NCBI GenBank assembly: GCA_034669905.1
Contig: JAXMOL010000033.1
Coordinates: forward strand, 1-64,000
Direction: 5' to 3'
From: Candidatus Hydrogenedentota bacterium
GTDB taxonomy: Bacteria > Hydrogenedentota > Hydrogenedentia > Hydrogenedentales > JAEUWI01
DNA: 64,000 nt
Under the pieces are notes generated by a model. The model saw only the letters and a list, made by a program, of their open reading frames with translations, was not told where the DNA came from and did not search any database. Positions 49,089 to 61,073 of this stretch are shown piece by piece. Within the stretch, counting starts at the first letter, position 1. Each line of letters opens with the position of its first letter. The position numbers and the translations under genes are program-made.

Positions 49089-51476
49089 CTATGGCGTCGC
49101 GGTGGGTAGGGGCCAGACCGATATGGTGGGGGGCTCCTGGTTCCACCGGATGGACCCCACCGCAGGCACACCGGATGGAAGTTTCAGACGAAACATGCCC
49201 GTATCTGCGTTGACGACTCGAAACTCGTAGGGCTCAGAGCCGCCGGGTCCGGGCCAGAAATCAGACAAGCGCGTGACGGTCTTGTCTTCGTAGCGATAGG
49301 TGTAGAGTTCTTCCCCGAACTCCGGTTCCCGCGCTGTAAAAAAGAGGCGGTCTTCTGCGCCAGCGATGCTGTAGGGATCCGCCGATTCGGGGCCCACCCA
49401 GATATCCGCGACGATCCGGGTCCCCTCGGGCGTGCCATCGGTCATCCATAATTCTTTTCCGTGGGCGGCGTCGGTGGCCCGGAAGAAAAGAAACTCTCCC
49501 CCGTCGACGAATCCGTGGGGCTCGCCGTTTTCGATGCCCGGATTGATGTCACGAAGCAACCGTGTGCCGGATGCCGTGCCATCGGAAACCCATAATTCGC
49601 TGCCGGTTTCCGGAGATGTCGCGCGGAAGTAGAGCTTCCCCTGCCAGGTAAACAGCTCGTCCGGGCTGGAGGATTCCGGCCCTGCAACCAAATCGACGAG
49701 CAATTGGATGCCCTCACTCCCTTTTCGATGAATCCAGAGTTCCGTGCCGTGGGCCTCGTCACGATGGGCGAGAAGCATCGTGTCTCCCATTACACTCATG
49801 GTGCTCGCATCGTCAAAGAGTTCGGCGATATCCCGTACGGTATGGGTTTCGCTCTCATACTCGAAAAGGAACTGCGCATGACCCACGCTCTGCAGTCCCA
49901 TGAAATACATGGTCTTCGTGCCCCAGGTTACCTTGGGGGTCATCATGGCGGAGCCATTTCTGCCCGGAAAAATATCTTTGACCATGGCCGTTTGTTGTTC
50001 ACGGGTATTGGTCATCCAGAGTTCCCGGCCCTCTTGGAGTGTTGTGGCGTAAAAAAGAACGAATCCGTCCAGTTCGCCGAAGCACCACGGTTCGCTCCCC
50101 ATGGTGCCGGGGATAATATCGCGGACTATACCTACGTGGAAGACATCGGGAGCGTGCTTTCTGGCAACCCAGAGTTCCTCCCCATGGTCTGGGGTCTGGG
50201 CGGCAAACAAGACGGTGTTCGAATTGGGAATGTGGAACAAACGGCGGGGATGGGAGCCCTTGGGTCCGGGCCAGATGTCCATCACCATACCCATTCTACC
50301 GGAGACGTCGATGTGCCACAGTTCGGGGCCGTGGATGCCGTCGTCGTAGACGAAGTGGGCCCCATGGGCCGTTGGCGTGAATTCGCGCGGCTCAGGTCGG
50401 GGGGTACTTCCCGCGGCGCTCGTGTCGGGATTGGTGGCGGTTGCAAGCCCGTCTTCCCGTTCCGGGCGGGGGAACATGGCGGCGATGGCGATGAGGAGCA
50501 CGAGGGCCAGGGCAAGGCCCAGGAAGGCCACCGCGGCGAAACGCCTCGAACGTTTGTTGCGTACCCCACCGCGCCCCCGGGGTGCCACCCGTTCCATGGG
50601 CAGCGTCTCGGCCAGTTCCTCGTTGTATTCGGGTATGTCTTGAAGGCGCTCGAGCGCCTCCTGGGCTGATGCGGGCCGCCGCGTCTCGTCGCGATCCATC
50701 AGATCCGCAATGAGGGCCGCCAGTTCCAGCGACACGTCGGGCCGTCGTTCGCTGATGGGGGTGGGGTCCGAGAGGAGGACCTGCTTCATTACGGCTGCCG
50801 GGGTATTGCCGGAAAAGGCGATTTCCGCCGTCAGGGCCTCATACATCACGACGCCGAGGGCATAAAGGTCCCACCGGAAATTCGGTTTGGCATCTTCCCA
50901 GGCTTCCGGCGGGCTGTAGCGGGGCGTACCCCAGAAAGGACCGGTACGGGCGGTCAGCGTGGTCCCCTCCGGCGCACTCAGGTCCAGTGCGCGGGCGATG
51001 CCGAAGTCGGCGAGGTAGACATGCCGGTCGGGCGTCACCAGGAGATTTCCGGGTTTCAGGTCGCAGTGGATTACGCCCTGCTCATGGCAGGCCACGAGCG
51101 CTGTCAGCACCTGCTCCATGTAGCCGAGGACGTGGCCGAGGGGTAATGGCGTGGCGCCAATCATGGAAGAGAGGGGGCTGCCCTCGATGTATTCCATTTC
51201 GATGGCGAGTTCGTCCCCGATGGGCTCCAGGTGATAAACCCGAACCACGTTGGGGTGTTCGATGCGCGCTGCCGCCTTGGCCTCGCGGAGGAAGCGTCGC
51301 TTAATGGACTCGTCGGCAAGGAGGTGACCATGGATCATTTTCAGCGCGACCTTGCGGTCCAGCCGTGTGTCCCAGGCGGCATAGACGACGCCCATGCCTC
51401 CAGAACCCAGCGTCCCCAGAATGCGGTAGGCACCCCGCTGGTCATGTTGCTTCATCTCTTGTTCACTGGAATGCAA
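49089..51476 (-). CDS. Transmembrane Ser/Thr kinase with extracellular ELWxxDGT repeats (start may be 51455)
   Basis: GSGGMG, VALK, HCDLKPGN, DFG; one TM helix; ELWVSDGT and ELWMTDGT repeats. Confidence 0.92.
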   Translation of the reverse strand: MHSSEQEMKQHDQRGAYRILGTLGSGGMGVVYAAWDTRLDRKVALKMIHGHLLADESIKRRFLREAKAAARIEHPNVVRVYHLEPIGDELAIEMEYIEGSPLSSMIGATPLPLGHVLGYMEQVLTALVACHEQGVIHCDLKPGNLLVTPDRHVYLADFGIARALDLSAPEGTTLTARTGPFWGTPRYSPPEAWEDAKPNFRWDLYALGVVMYEALTAEIAFSGNTPAAVMKQVLLSDPTPISERRPDVSLELAALIADLMDRDETRRPASAQEALERLQDIPEYNEELAETLPMERVAPRGRGGVRNKRSRRFAAVAFLGLALALVLLIAIAAMFPRPEREDGLATATNPDTSAAGSTPRPEPREFTPTAHGAHFVYDDGIHGPELWHIDVSGRMGMVMDIWPGPKGSHPRRLFHIPNSNTVLFAAQTPDHGEELWVARKHAPDVFHVGIVRDIIPGTMGSEPWCFGELDGFVLFYATTLQEGRELWMTNTREQQTAMVKDIFPGRNGSAMMTPKVTWGTKTMYFMGLQSVGHAQFLFEYESETHTVRDIAELFDDASTMSVMGDTMLLAHRDEAHGTELWIHRKGSEGIQLLVDLVAGPESSSPDELFTWQGKLYFRATSPETGSELWVSDGTASGTRLLRDINPGIENGEPHGFVDGGEFLFFRATDAAHGKELWMTDGTPEGTRIVADIWVGPESADPYSIAGAEDRLFFTAREPEFGEELYTYRYEDKTVTRLSDFWPGPGGSEPYEFRVVNADTGMFRLKLPSGVPAVGSIRWNQEPPTISVWPLPTATP

Positions 51477-51766
51477 TTGCGCTCAGCTTTCCGATCGTCC
51501 GGGAATGCGTTCGTTCTGAACCCCCCGGGCGCTGTTAACCGATCGAGAATCACCATGGCCACTAGACTAAACGCTTCCGCGCATATTACGCAACAACCCA
51601 CTACGGTGATGACATGGCAGATGGTGCGCTGCTTGTAGGTGATCGCCTCCTCAACCCCGCGTAGGCGAATGGGGTGGACGTTGGGCCTCGCTGGAGTCCT
51701 GCCGTCCTGCCACGACGGATCGGGGTTGCGGCGTCAACCTGCTTCGTGCCCTTCATCCGGACCTGT

Positions 51767-52681
51767 TTAGAGCGGGATCTTGATGACGATGGGCTTGCCC
51801 CCCCGATTGATTTTCAGGTTGAGCTCTTTCGCGCCCTGCAGCTGCCCCACGAGGCCAAAGAGCTGGGCCTCGTTGGTAAGCTGGATTCCGTTGATGGATT
51901 GGACGATGTCGCCATTCTGGAAGCCCAGCTGGTTGGCACCGGGAATGTTGCCGATATCGCTCGCCGTAAGGCCCAGGGCATTGCCCTGTTCATCCCGGGC
52001 GATGCGGGGCTGGTGTTTGACCACCAGGCCCATGTAATCCTCTGGGATTTCGGGCAGTCCGGCGGGCTTGGGCTTCATGGTGCCCTTCGCTGCAATGGTC
52101 GGGGTCTCACTGGGCACGGGCGCGGGCTCCGCCGCCTCCGGTGCTTTTTGTAGGACGGTGTAGCTGACCGGCGGGAGGCTGTGGCTGATGCGGTAGTCCC
52201 ACGGGGCCAGGGGTGCGGCATTCTTCCAGAGTCCCCGTTTCGCCTGAAGGGCTTCCACCATGAGGTTACTCAGATGCCGGGCGTCGGGCGCGTTGGGCTC
52301 ATCCCACCAGGCGAAGCCGTCGCGGACGAGGATTTCGTTGAGGCTGGGGCCCTCCTTCAGGCGAACCCAGGCGACCGGGAGGCCGTCTCTGTCTTCCGTG
52401 AGCACTTCCACGTCGACCGCTTCCCGTTGTTTGTAGCTGGCAATCAGACTTCCGGCGAGGGTGGCGTTGACTTGCCCGGCGACGGGACAGGCGATACCGT
52501 AGAGCCGCACGGGGCGCTCTGCGCCTGCGGTGGTTTTGACACGAACCACATCGGCGGTGGGCTGGGCATGGAGCAGGGTGCCGCTGAAGGAAGGGGGCGC
52601 GCCATTTTCGTTGCCGTGGGTCACCGCGGTGAAAAGAGCGAGCAGGATCGTGAGCAGGGTAGTGCGGGGAATGGTGCGCAT
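51767..52681 (-). CDS. Secreted thermonuclease-like (apparently inactive) domain plus GspC-like PDZ domain
   Basis: VRLYGI.CP, LNEILVRDGFAWW, KRGLW..PWDYR; LGFQNGDIVQSING..INRGG. Confidence 0.8.
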   Translation of the reverse strand: MRTIPRTTLLTILLALFTAVTHGNENGAPPSFSGTLLHAQPTADVVRVKTTAGAERPVRLYGIACPVAGQVNATLAGSLIASYKQREAVDVEVLTEDRDGLPVAWVRLKEGPSLNEILVRDGFAWWDEPNAPDARHLSNLMVEALQAKRGLWKNAAPLAPWDYRISHSLPPVSYTVLQKAPEAAEPAPVPSETPTIAAKGTMKPKPAGLPEIPEDYMGLVVKHQPRIARDEQGNALGLTASDIGNIPGANQLGFQNGDIVQSINGIQLTNEAQLFGLVGQLQGAKELNLKINRGGKPIVIKIPL

Positions 52682-52727
52682 GGGGATTCTCCACAAATTC
52701 GGGTTGTTCAGGGGGTATCGTCCGGTC

Positions 52728-54188
52728 TCAGCATAGCACGTTTGTCGCCCGCCCCTTCTGAGACTTTTTTTGATAGGCATCGAAAAGGAGCAATGCCCAG
52801 ACGGGGAGGTACTCTAACCAGACGATTCGGTAGTGAAAGAATTCAACGGCGCCCCGGGCATCGAAGTAAAAACGCAGATAATACAGCGGCAGGACCAGCG
52901 TGAGCAGGAGCAGTCCGCGGTTGGGATAGAGGGTCAGCAAGGGCAGGAGCCAGAGGAAGTACCAGGGGAATTGGGTGGGACTGAGGAGGAAGAGGGCACC
53001 CACGATGGCGAGCAATCCGCCACACAGGCCGTGGGCGGTGTGTTGGCCGGAACCGTGAGATCGATAGGTGTTGCGCGTCGCCCAGGCGACCACGCCGAGG
53101 GTGAGGAGGGCGACCAGGGCCTTTCCTGCGCGATGGGCCGTGCCGTGAGATAAATCCATCTGGAGCAGATGGGCCGCCCCTTCGGCGATCCAGGGGAAGA
53201 CCATGAAGAGGGCGTCGTTCATTTCCCAGCGGCTGCCGTAGGCGACGAAGCCCGACTCGTCTTCCATGGCGGTGATGCTAAGCAAGGGGCTGAGCAACAC
53301 GATGGTAGTGAGTAGAAAAAGCATCAGGGCGAGGGCGACCTTGCGCGGCTGGTGCCGGGCGGTGGCCAGCACCGGCAGGAGCAAGAGCACGGGCCAGAGC
53401 TTGGTGGCCACGGCGAGGGCGAGGGGGACCATGGCCCAGATGACACGCCCACGGAGTGCCAGCAGCACGGTCCCGAGGAGCAAGGGGACAAGGAGGATGT
53501 CCATGTGGACGCTGTTATAAATTTCCTTCGCCGCCAGGGGGTTCCACCAGTAGATGAGGGTGAGCAGGGGGGAGCGACCAAGTTGTTGCAAGAGCAATAC
53601 GAGCAAGGCAAAGACGACACCGTCTACCGCGTAATAAAGGAGGCGCAGGCCACTCAGTTTCCAGGGCGAAAGGGTGTGGGCCAGGGCGAAGGCGGCCTGG
53701 GCCACGGGAGGGTAGACCGTGCCCAGTTGGGGATGATTGACCCGCTCCAGAACCCTGCCGGCCTCCTTGCCCAGGTCGAGGAGGGGGGCAGACACATGGG
53801 CGTCACGATCCTGCACATCCAGGGGGATGACGCCGTAGGGATTTTCTCCGTGGGCTGTCACGGCACCGTCCCACAGGTAGCGGTAATAGTCATCTTCGAG
53901 CACAGGTTGAGACGTGGCCAGGATGAGTCGCATTAGGGCGCCCACGGCGAAGATGCCATAGGCCAACTGCTTGGTGGGCGTCGTGCGGGCAGCGAGATAG
54001 ATGGCGCCAAAGTACACGAGTGACGCACCCATGAGGAGGGCTACGAAGGGCAGGATGGGGCGTGCGCGCATGTCGCTGCCGTAGTCAAAGTCTTGCGACA
54101 GGGCGGCCAGGGCGACCGTGCAGAGCAGCAGGGTTACGCCACATCCCCACCAGGCCCACAGGGGCGTGTTCTTTGGCGCACTAGTCAC
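52728..54188 (-). CDS. GT-C fold membrane glycosyltransferase (GT87-like)
   Basis: LEDDYYRYLWDG, TVYPPVAQ, YWWNPL, PWYFLW; GTG start overlaps the asnB stop. Confidence 0.8.
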   Translation of the reverse strand: MTSAPKNTPLWAWWGCGVTLLLCTVALAALSQDFDYGSDMRARPILPFVALLMGASLVYFGAIYLAARTTPTKQLAYGIFAVGALMRLILATSQPVLEDDYYRYLWDGAVTAHGENPYGVIPLDVQDRDAHVSAPLLDLGKEAGRVLERVNHPQLGTVYPPVAQAAFALAHTLSPWKLSGLRLLYYAVDGVVFALLVLLLQQLGRSPLLTLIYWWNPLAAKEIYNSVHMDILLVPLLLGTVLLALRGRVIWAMVPLALAVATKLWPVLLLLPVLATARHQPRKVALALMLFLLTTIVLLSPLLSITAMEDESGFVAYGSRWEMNDALFMVFPWIAEGAAHLLQMDLSHGTAHRAGKALVALLTLGVVAWATRNTYRSHGSGQHTAHGLCGGLLAIVGALFLLSPTQFPWYFLWLLPLLTLYPNRGLLLLTLVLPLYYLRFYFDARGAVEFFHYRIVWLEYLPVWALLLFDAYQKKSQKGRATNVLC

Positions 54189-56121
54189 GGCGCAGTGCCG
54201 CCAGGTGGTTCCGGCATTGCTTCCGTGGATGCTCGAAGCGCCGGCGCCAATGTTCAAACACGTAGACGGAGAAGGCGTGGCGTCCCGCCGTGCTGTCGCC
54301 GCCCTGGAGGCGGGTGAGCATGGTCTGGAGGTACGCCGGATTAAATAGTCTATCGCCGTCGGAGCCCAGGTCACGGACCATGTCGTTTAACTCTTCGTTC
54401 AGCGAGGCACGAAACCACGCGGTGACGGGCACTTCGAATCCCTGCTTTTTTCGGTAGACAAAATCGTGGGGCATGTGTTTGGCCAGTAGTTTTTTCAGCA
54501 ATATCTTAAGGTGTCGGGGGCCCATTTTTTCATGTTTGGGAAGGGATAATCCAAACGCCACGAGCCGGGGGTCGAGGAAGGGGAAGCGCCCTTCCAGACC
54601 CGACGCCATGGCCAGCTTGTCGGCTTTGAGCATGAGGTCGTCGGGCACGAAATTATGTAACTCGCAATACTGGCGTTGCCCCAGGGCGTCTAAGCCCAGC
54701 TGTCGTGCGTCTTGGAAGAGGGCCTCAAAGATCACCCCCGATCGGTGATCGCCCACGGCATCCAGCAGATCGGGGTGGAGGAGCTGATGTTTCGTTTCGT
54801 CGGGCACCATGGTGAACCAGTTCAGATAGCGTCGCGCAGGCGAGAGTCCCGCATACTGGCAGAACTTGTCGCCCCGACGGCCCAGGTTGCGGGCAGGCTC
54901 GGGGAGGCGCTGGAGGGCGCGAAAGGCGGGGGCCAGCAGCCCTTTCCGCAGGGGGGCGGGCACCCGCCCGAATTGGGTGGCCACTTCATCCCAGAAGAAA
55001 CGGGGGTAGCCCCCGAAGGCTTCATCGGCCCCGTCCCCACAATGGACCACCGTCACGTGCTTTGCCGCTTCCCGACAGAGGGTGAAGAGGGGGAGCATGG
55101 CGGCGTCGGAGAGGGGCTCTTCCACGTGCCAGAGCATGTCGGGCAAGTCGGCGACGGACTCCGGGCCACAGTGAAACTCATGGTGTCGGGCGCCACAGGC
55201 CTCCGCCGCCTGGCGCGCGTAATTGGATTCGTCAAAGCCCTTCTGGCCATGGAATCCCATCGCAAAAGTCGATACAGGCTGGTCCGTGAGCTTGCTGTGG
55301 AGGAGGGCGATGAGGGTGGAGTCCACGCCTCCGCTGAGGAAGACCCCGAGGGGGACCTCACTCATGCGCTGCTCATCGACGACGTCGTGGAGGAGGCTTT
55401 CGAGGGCCTCCAGGTGTTCGCCTTCACTGCCGGGCATGGGCTGGGCTACGGCGGGCTGCCAATAGCGCTCAACGTGCACCTGGTCGCCGCTTACGGTCAT
55501 CCAGTGGCCCTGGGGTAGTTTCTGGATGACCTGGTACGGGGTGCGGGGGCCGGGCACGAATTTAAACGTGAAGTAATCGTAGATGGCCGTGAGGTCCAGG
55601 GTTTCATCGACGGCGTCGTCGAGAAACAGGGCTTTCATCTCCGAGGCGAAAAGAAAGGCATCGGTGGTCTGGGTGTAGTAGAGGGGCTTGATACCGAAAT
55701 GGTCCCGGGCGAGGAAAAGCCGTTGCTTTCGCGCGTCCCAGATGGCGAAGGCAAACATGCCGCGAAGTCTGGCCACACAGTCGGTGCCATAGGCCGCGTA
55801 GGCATGGAGAATCGTTTCTGTGTCCGTGTGGGTTTTGTAGTGGTAGCCTCTGGCCTCCAGTTCGTGCCGCAGTTCCTGGTGGTTGTAGATCTCGCCATTG
55901 AACACGATCCAGAGGGATTCGTCGGCATTGGAGATGGGCTGGTGCCCGCCTCCGACATCGATAATGCTGAGACGGCGATGCCCCAGGCCGACCGGGCCTT
56001 CGGTGTGAATGCCCTCGTCATCGGGACCCCGGTGGGTCATGAGGGTGCACATGTCCGCCAGCAACGCCGGGGAGACCGGGCGGCTTGGGTCAAAATTCAG
56101 TTTTCCAGCAATACCACACAT
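54181..56121 (-). CDS. asnB: Asparagine synthase (glutamine-hydrolysing) family amidotransferase
   Basis: MCGIAG, HRGPD, RRLSIID, FNGEIYN, FLSGGVDS, RKKQGF. Confidence 0.93.
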   Translation of the reverse strand: MCGIAGKLNFDPSRPVSPALLADMCTLMTHRGPDDEGIHTEGPVGLGHRRLSIIDVGGGHQPISNADESLWIVFNGEIYNHQELRHELEARGYHYKTHTDTETILHAYAAYGTDCVARLRGMFAFAIWDARKQRLFLARDHFGIKPLYYTQTTDAFLFASEMKALFLDDAVDETLDLTAIYDYFTFKFVPGPRTPYQVIQKLPQGHWMTVSGDQVHVERYWQPAVAQPMPGSEGEHLEALESLLHDVVDEQRMSEVPLGVFLSGGVDSTLIALLHSKLTDQPVSTFAMGFHGQKGFDESNYARQAAEACGARHHEFHCGPESVADLPDMLWHVEEPLSDAAMLPLFTLCREAAKHVTVVHCGDGADEAFGGYPRFFWDEVATQFGRVPAPLRKGLLAPAFRALQRLPEPARNLGRRGDKFCQYAGLSPARRYLNWFTMVPDETKHQLLHPDLLDAVGDHRSGVIFEALFQDARQLGLDALGQRQYCELHNFVPDDLMLKADKLAMASGLEGRFPFLDPRLVAFGLSLPKHEKMGPRHLKILLKKLLAKHMPHDFVYRKKQGFEVPVTAWFRASLNEELNDMVRDLGSDGDRLFNPAYLQTMLTRLQGGDSTAGRHAFSVYVFEHWRRRFEHPRKQCRNHLAALRRD

Positions 56122-56185
56122 GATCAGACAATTGATGGTTGACAGTTAGCAGTTGGGTGTGTGCGCGGTGACGCACTTCGGGGCG

Positions 56186-57283
56186 TTAGGGTCGCAACAC
56201 CCGTTTCACGGCCGCAAACACGTCTTCGACTTCATGCACCGTCAGGCACACGGGCTCCTCATACAACGGGCAGGTGTCTTCCAGACAGGGACTGCATTCG
56301 GGATTGTCCCGCAGAACGACATGTTGATCGCCATAGGGATACCAGCGATGGGCGTGGTCCCGGGCAGAAAAAATCGCGACGACGGGGGTGCCGGTGCAGG
56401 CCGCGACGTGCATGGTGCCGGTGTCGTTGGAAACGAAGAGGCGGCAGCGTGCGGCCAGTGCGGCGAGTTCGGGAATGGTGGTTTTGCCCGCCAGGTTGGT
56501 GCAGCCGGGTCCAATGCCTGCGGCAATCGTGTCGAGCAGCGATGCCTCGCCCGCGCTTCCGGTGAGGAGCAATTCGGCCTCGTGTTCGGCGATGAGCCGC
56601 TTGCCCAGGGCGATAAAGCGCTCGGGCATCCAACGGTTGGCAGGCCGTTTGGCACCACATTGCATACCGATGAGCGGACGGTCCCCGTATTCGGGCAGCA
56701 TGGCCGTAACCCGTGCTTCGTCTTTGTCGTCAAAGTGGATCCAGGGGAAGGCTTCCACTTCCGGGCAGCCCAAGGGCTCCAGCAGGGACATGATGCGGGG
56801 CACCTGTCCTTGCGAGACCTTGTTGGGTGGCACGACTTCGGCCCCTACGATGCGTCGCACCCCGGCGGCGCTGAGCAGGGCCATCTGCTTGACCAGACTC
56901 TTGGTGGTTGTCCGGTCGTCCGGCAGGAGCACCGCCAGGTCAACGGGTGTTGCGGCCAGTCGTTGCCGCAGGTTCCGCAGAAAGTCGGGCCGGGAAGATT
57001 CGTCTTCGTAGTAGATGATCGTGGCATCGAAGGTCGTGTCTTTAGCGAGGACTTCCTGGGCGCCGGGCGCACCCCGTTTCGTGGGCGAGGTCAGCAGCGT
57101 CATGTGGGCGTTGGGAAAGCGCAGCCGCAGGGCATGAAAGGCCGGCAGGGAAACCACGATGTCCCCCAGGTTGCCCAGTCGATAGACGAGGATGTGGTGG
57201 GGGTTGGGATTGCGCACGCCACCTGGGATACGGGCGTTGAGTCCCGTCAGGCCACGGAGGAGGCGATTGGCCACGCCCGCCAT
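56186..57283 (-). CDS. Glycosyltransferase family 9 (heptosyltransferase-like)
   Basis: LGNLGDIV..P, RWMPERF, NLAGKT, SNDTGTMHVAA. Confidence 0.9.
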   Translation of the reverse strand: MAGVANRLLRGLTGLNARIPGGVRNPNPHHILVYRLGNLGDIVVSLPAFHALRLRFPNAHMTLLTSPTKRGAPGAQEVLAKDTTFDATIIYYEDESSRPDFLRNLRQRLAATPVDLAVLLPDDRTTTKSLVKQMALLSAAGVRRIVGAEVVPPNKVSQGQVPRIMSLLEPLGCPEVEAFPWIHFDDKDEARVTAMLPEYGDRPLIGMQCGAKRPANRWMPERFIALGKRLIAEHEAELLLTGSAGEASLLDTIAAGIGPGCTNLAGKTTIPELAALAARCRLFVSNDTGTMHVAACTGTPVVAIFSARDHAHRWYPYGDQHVVLRDNPECSPCLEDTCPLYEEPVCLTVHEVEDVFAAVKRVLRP

Positions 57284-57310
57284 CAGATGAGGTGCTCTGC
57301 AATTGTTGCT

Positions 57311-57813
57311 TCAGCCACGGCGAATACGCTCGATGATAGCCGAGGTGGACTTGGTCACATCGCCCGCGATGAGGGCGATGCACCCGCCCGAAGCTTCGAT
57401 GACGTTGCGTTCGCCGTCGTCCAGGCCGCCATGGAGATGGTGAAATCCCTTGGCATAGACATCGGGCTGAAGGGCCTGCAAAAGCTCCGTACAGTCGGGC
57501 TGATCAAATACAGTGATATGGTCGATACACTCCACGGCGGAAAGGACCAGCAGCCGCTCGGCTTCCCGGGTGAGGGGGTGCCCTTCGCCTTTCACCTTCG
57601 TGACCGACGCATCACTGTTAACCCCGACGATGAAAATGTCGGCCAGGCGCGACGCCTTCACCAGAAAATCGATGTGGCCCGCGTGGAGGATTTCAAAGCA
57701 GCCATTGGTCCAGACGATGGTCTTGCCCTGGTGCCGATAGTGTTGGGCCAACTCGATGAGTTCATCGAGGGAGGCTTCCTTGCGGGAGCGGGGGATAGGG
57801 GGCGGGGCGTTGT

Positions 57814-57817
<4 letters not shown>
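57311..57817 (-). CDS. RfaE domain II-type (heptose-1-phosphate) adenylyl/cytidylyltransferase
   Basis: TNGCFEILHAGH, GVNSDASV..KG, STSAIIERI. Confidence 0.88.
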
Positions 57818-59756
<1,939 letters not shown>

Positions 59757-59851
59757 CTAGTGCCGGGGGTCGAACTGCTTCACTCTCGGGTATTTTACCC
59801 ACGGCGGGGCATGAATGTACACGGGCACGGTGTTTGGCGGGGAGGGCGTCG

Positions 59852-60799
59852 CTACTGGGCGCGGTACCATTTCACGAAGCGGGCGATGCCTTCATCCATG
59901 GTGAAATGGGGGTTGTAGCCCAGTTTTTCCTTGGCGTGGTCCACGTTCGCGTAGGTCTGTTCCACGTCACCGGCCTGCATGGGCTGCTGATCGATCACCG
60001 CTTTTTCGCCCGTGTGTTTCTCGATAAGACCGATGAGTTCCTTGAGGCTGGTCGTGTGGCTTTCGCCCAGATTGAAGATCTCATAGTCGAAGGGCGTATC
60101 CACACAACGGACCACGCCGTCGATGATGTCGTCGATATAGGTATAGTCCCGCAAGGTGGAACCGTCGCCAAACATGGGGATGGGTTCGCCGTTGAGTATC
60201 ATCTTCACAAACTTGTGAATGGCCATGTCGGGCCGCTGGCGGGGGCCGTAAACCGTGAAGAAGCGGAGCATGGTGGTGCGGACGCCGTAGACATGTTGGT
60301 AGACGTGGGCCTGGAGCTCGTTCATGCGCTTGGTGGCCGCGTAGGGGCTCACGGGGGTCATGACAGGGTCCGTCTCCTGGAAGGGCACGTCCACACTGCC
60401 GCCGTAGACCGAAGAGCTGGAGGCGAAAACCAAGTGAGACGGCTTGTGATGGCGGCAGGCGTCGAGGATGTGCTGGCCGCCAATGACGTTTACCCGGTGG
60501 TAAAGATTGGGGTCCTGCAGGGAAGGACGCACGCCCGCCCGGGCCGCCAGGTGCACCACCACCTCGGGCTGGGTCTCGGCGAAAAGGGCATTGACGGCCT
60601 CTTCGTCACAGATATCCACTTCGTGGAGGGTGAAGCGGTCCATGCTATCGGCCTGCGCAAGATTGCGGCGTTTGATGGCGGGGTCGTAGTACGTGTTGAA
60701 GTTGTCCACGCCAATAACTTCGTCGCCCCGGGCCAACAGTTCGTCGGTCAGGCTGGACCCGATAAAGCCGGCCGCGCCGGTGATGAGTACGCGTTTCAT
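59852..60799 (-). CDS. UDP-glucuronate 4-epimerase-like NAD-dependent epimerase
   Basis: GAAGFIG, HLAARAGVRPS, YAATK, RFFTVYGPRQRPDMA. Confidence 0.88.
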   Translation of the reverse strand: MKRVLITGAAGFIGSSLTDELLARGDEVIGVDNFNTYYDPAIKRRNLAQADSMDRFTLHEVDICDEEAVNALFAETQPEVVVHLAARAGVRPSLQDPNLYHRVNVIGGQHILDACRHHKPSHLVFASSSSVYGGSVDVPFQETDPVMTPVSPYAATKRMNELQAHVYQHVYGVRTTMLRFFTVYGPRQRPDMAIHKFVKMILNGEPIPMFGDGSTLRDYTYIDDIIDGVVRCVDTPFDYEIFNLGESHTTSLKELIGLIEKHTGEKAVIDQQPMQAGDVEQTYANVDHAKEKLGYNPHFTMDEGIARFVKWYRAQ

Positions 60800-60965
60800 G
60801 GAGCAGGTGCACCTCTCTTGGCAAGGTTAAAACGGGAACAACACGGGTGATGAATAGACGTAAAGTATAAGAAAGGGCAAGGGGACAACACAACAAAATC
60901 GGGGAAAAGTGGGAAACCTTTGACGCGCTCTCGCCCTTCTCGCGTCTTTGTTATCTCCGCGTCTC

Positions 60966-61051
60966 CGTCATCCCCGCGCAGGCGGGGATCCAGACGCGCG
61001 CCCGGAGTGGGCGTGGTAACCCACTGGATTCCCGCCTTCGCGGGAATGACG
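60966..61051. repeat. Palindromic element GTCATCCCCGCG..CGCGGGAATGAC
   Basis: CGTCATCCCCGCGCAGGCGGGGATCCAG / CTGGATTCCCGCCTTCGCGGGAATGACG. Confidence 0.88.
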
Positions 61052-61073
61052 AACTACGTTGCCTTAATGTAGT

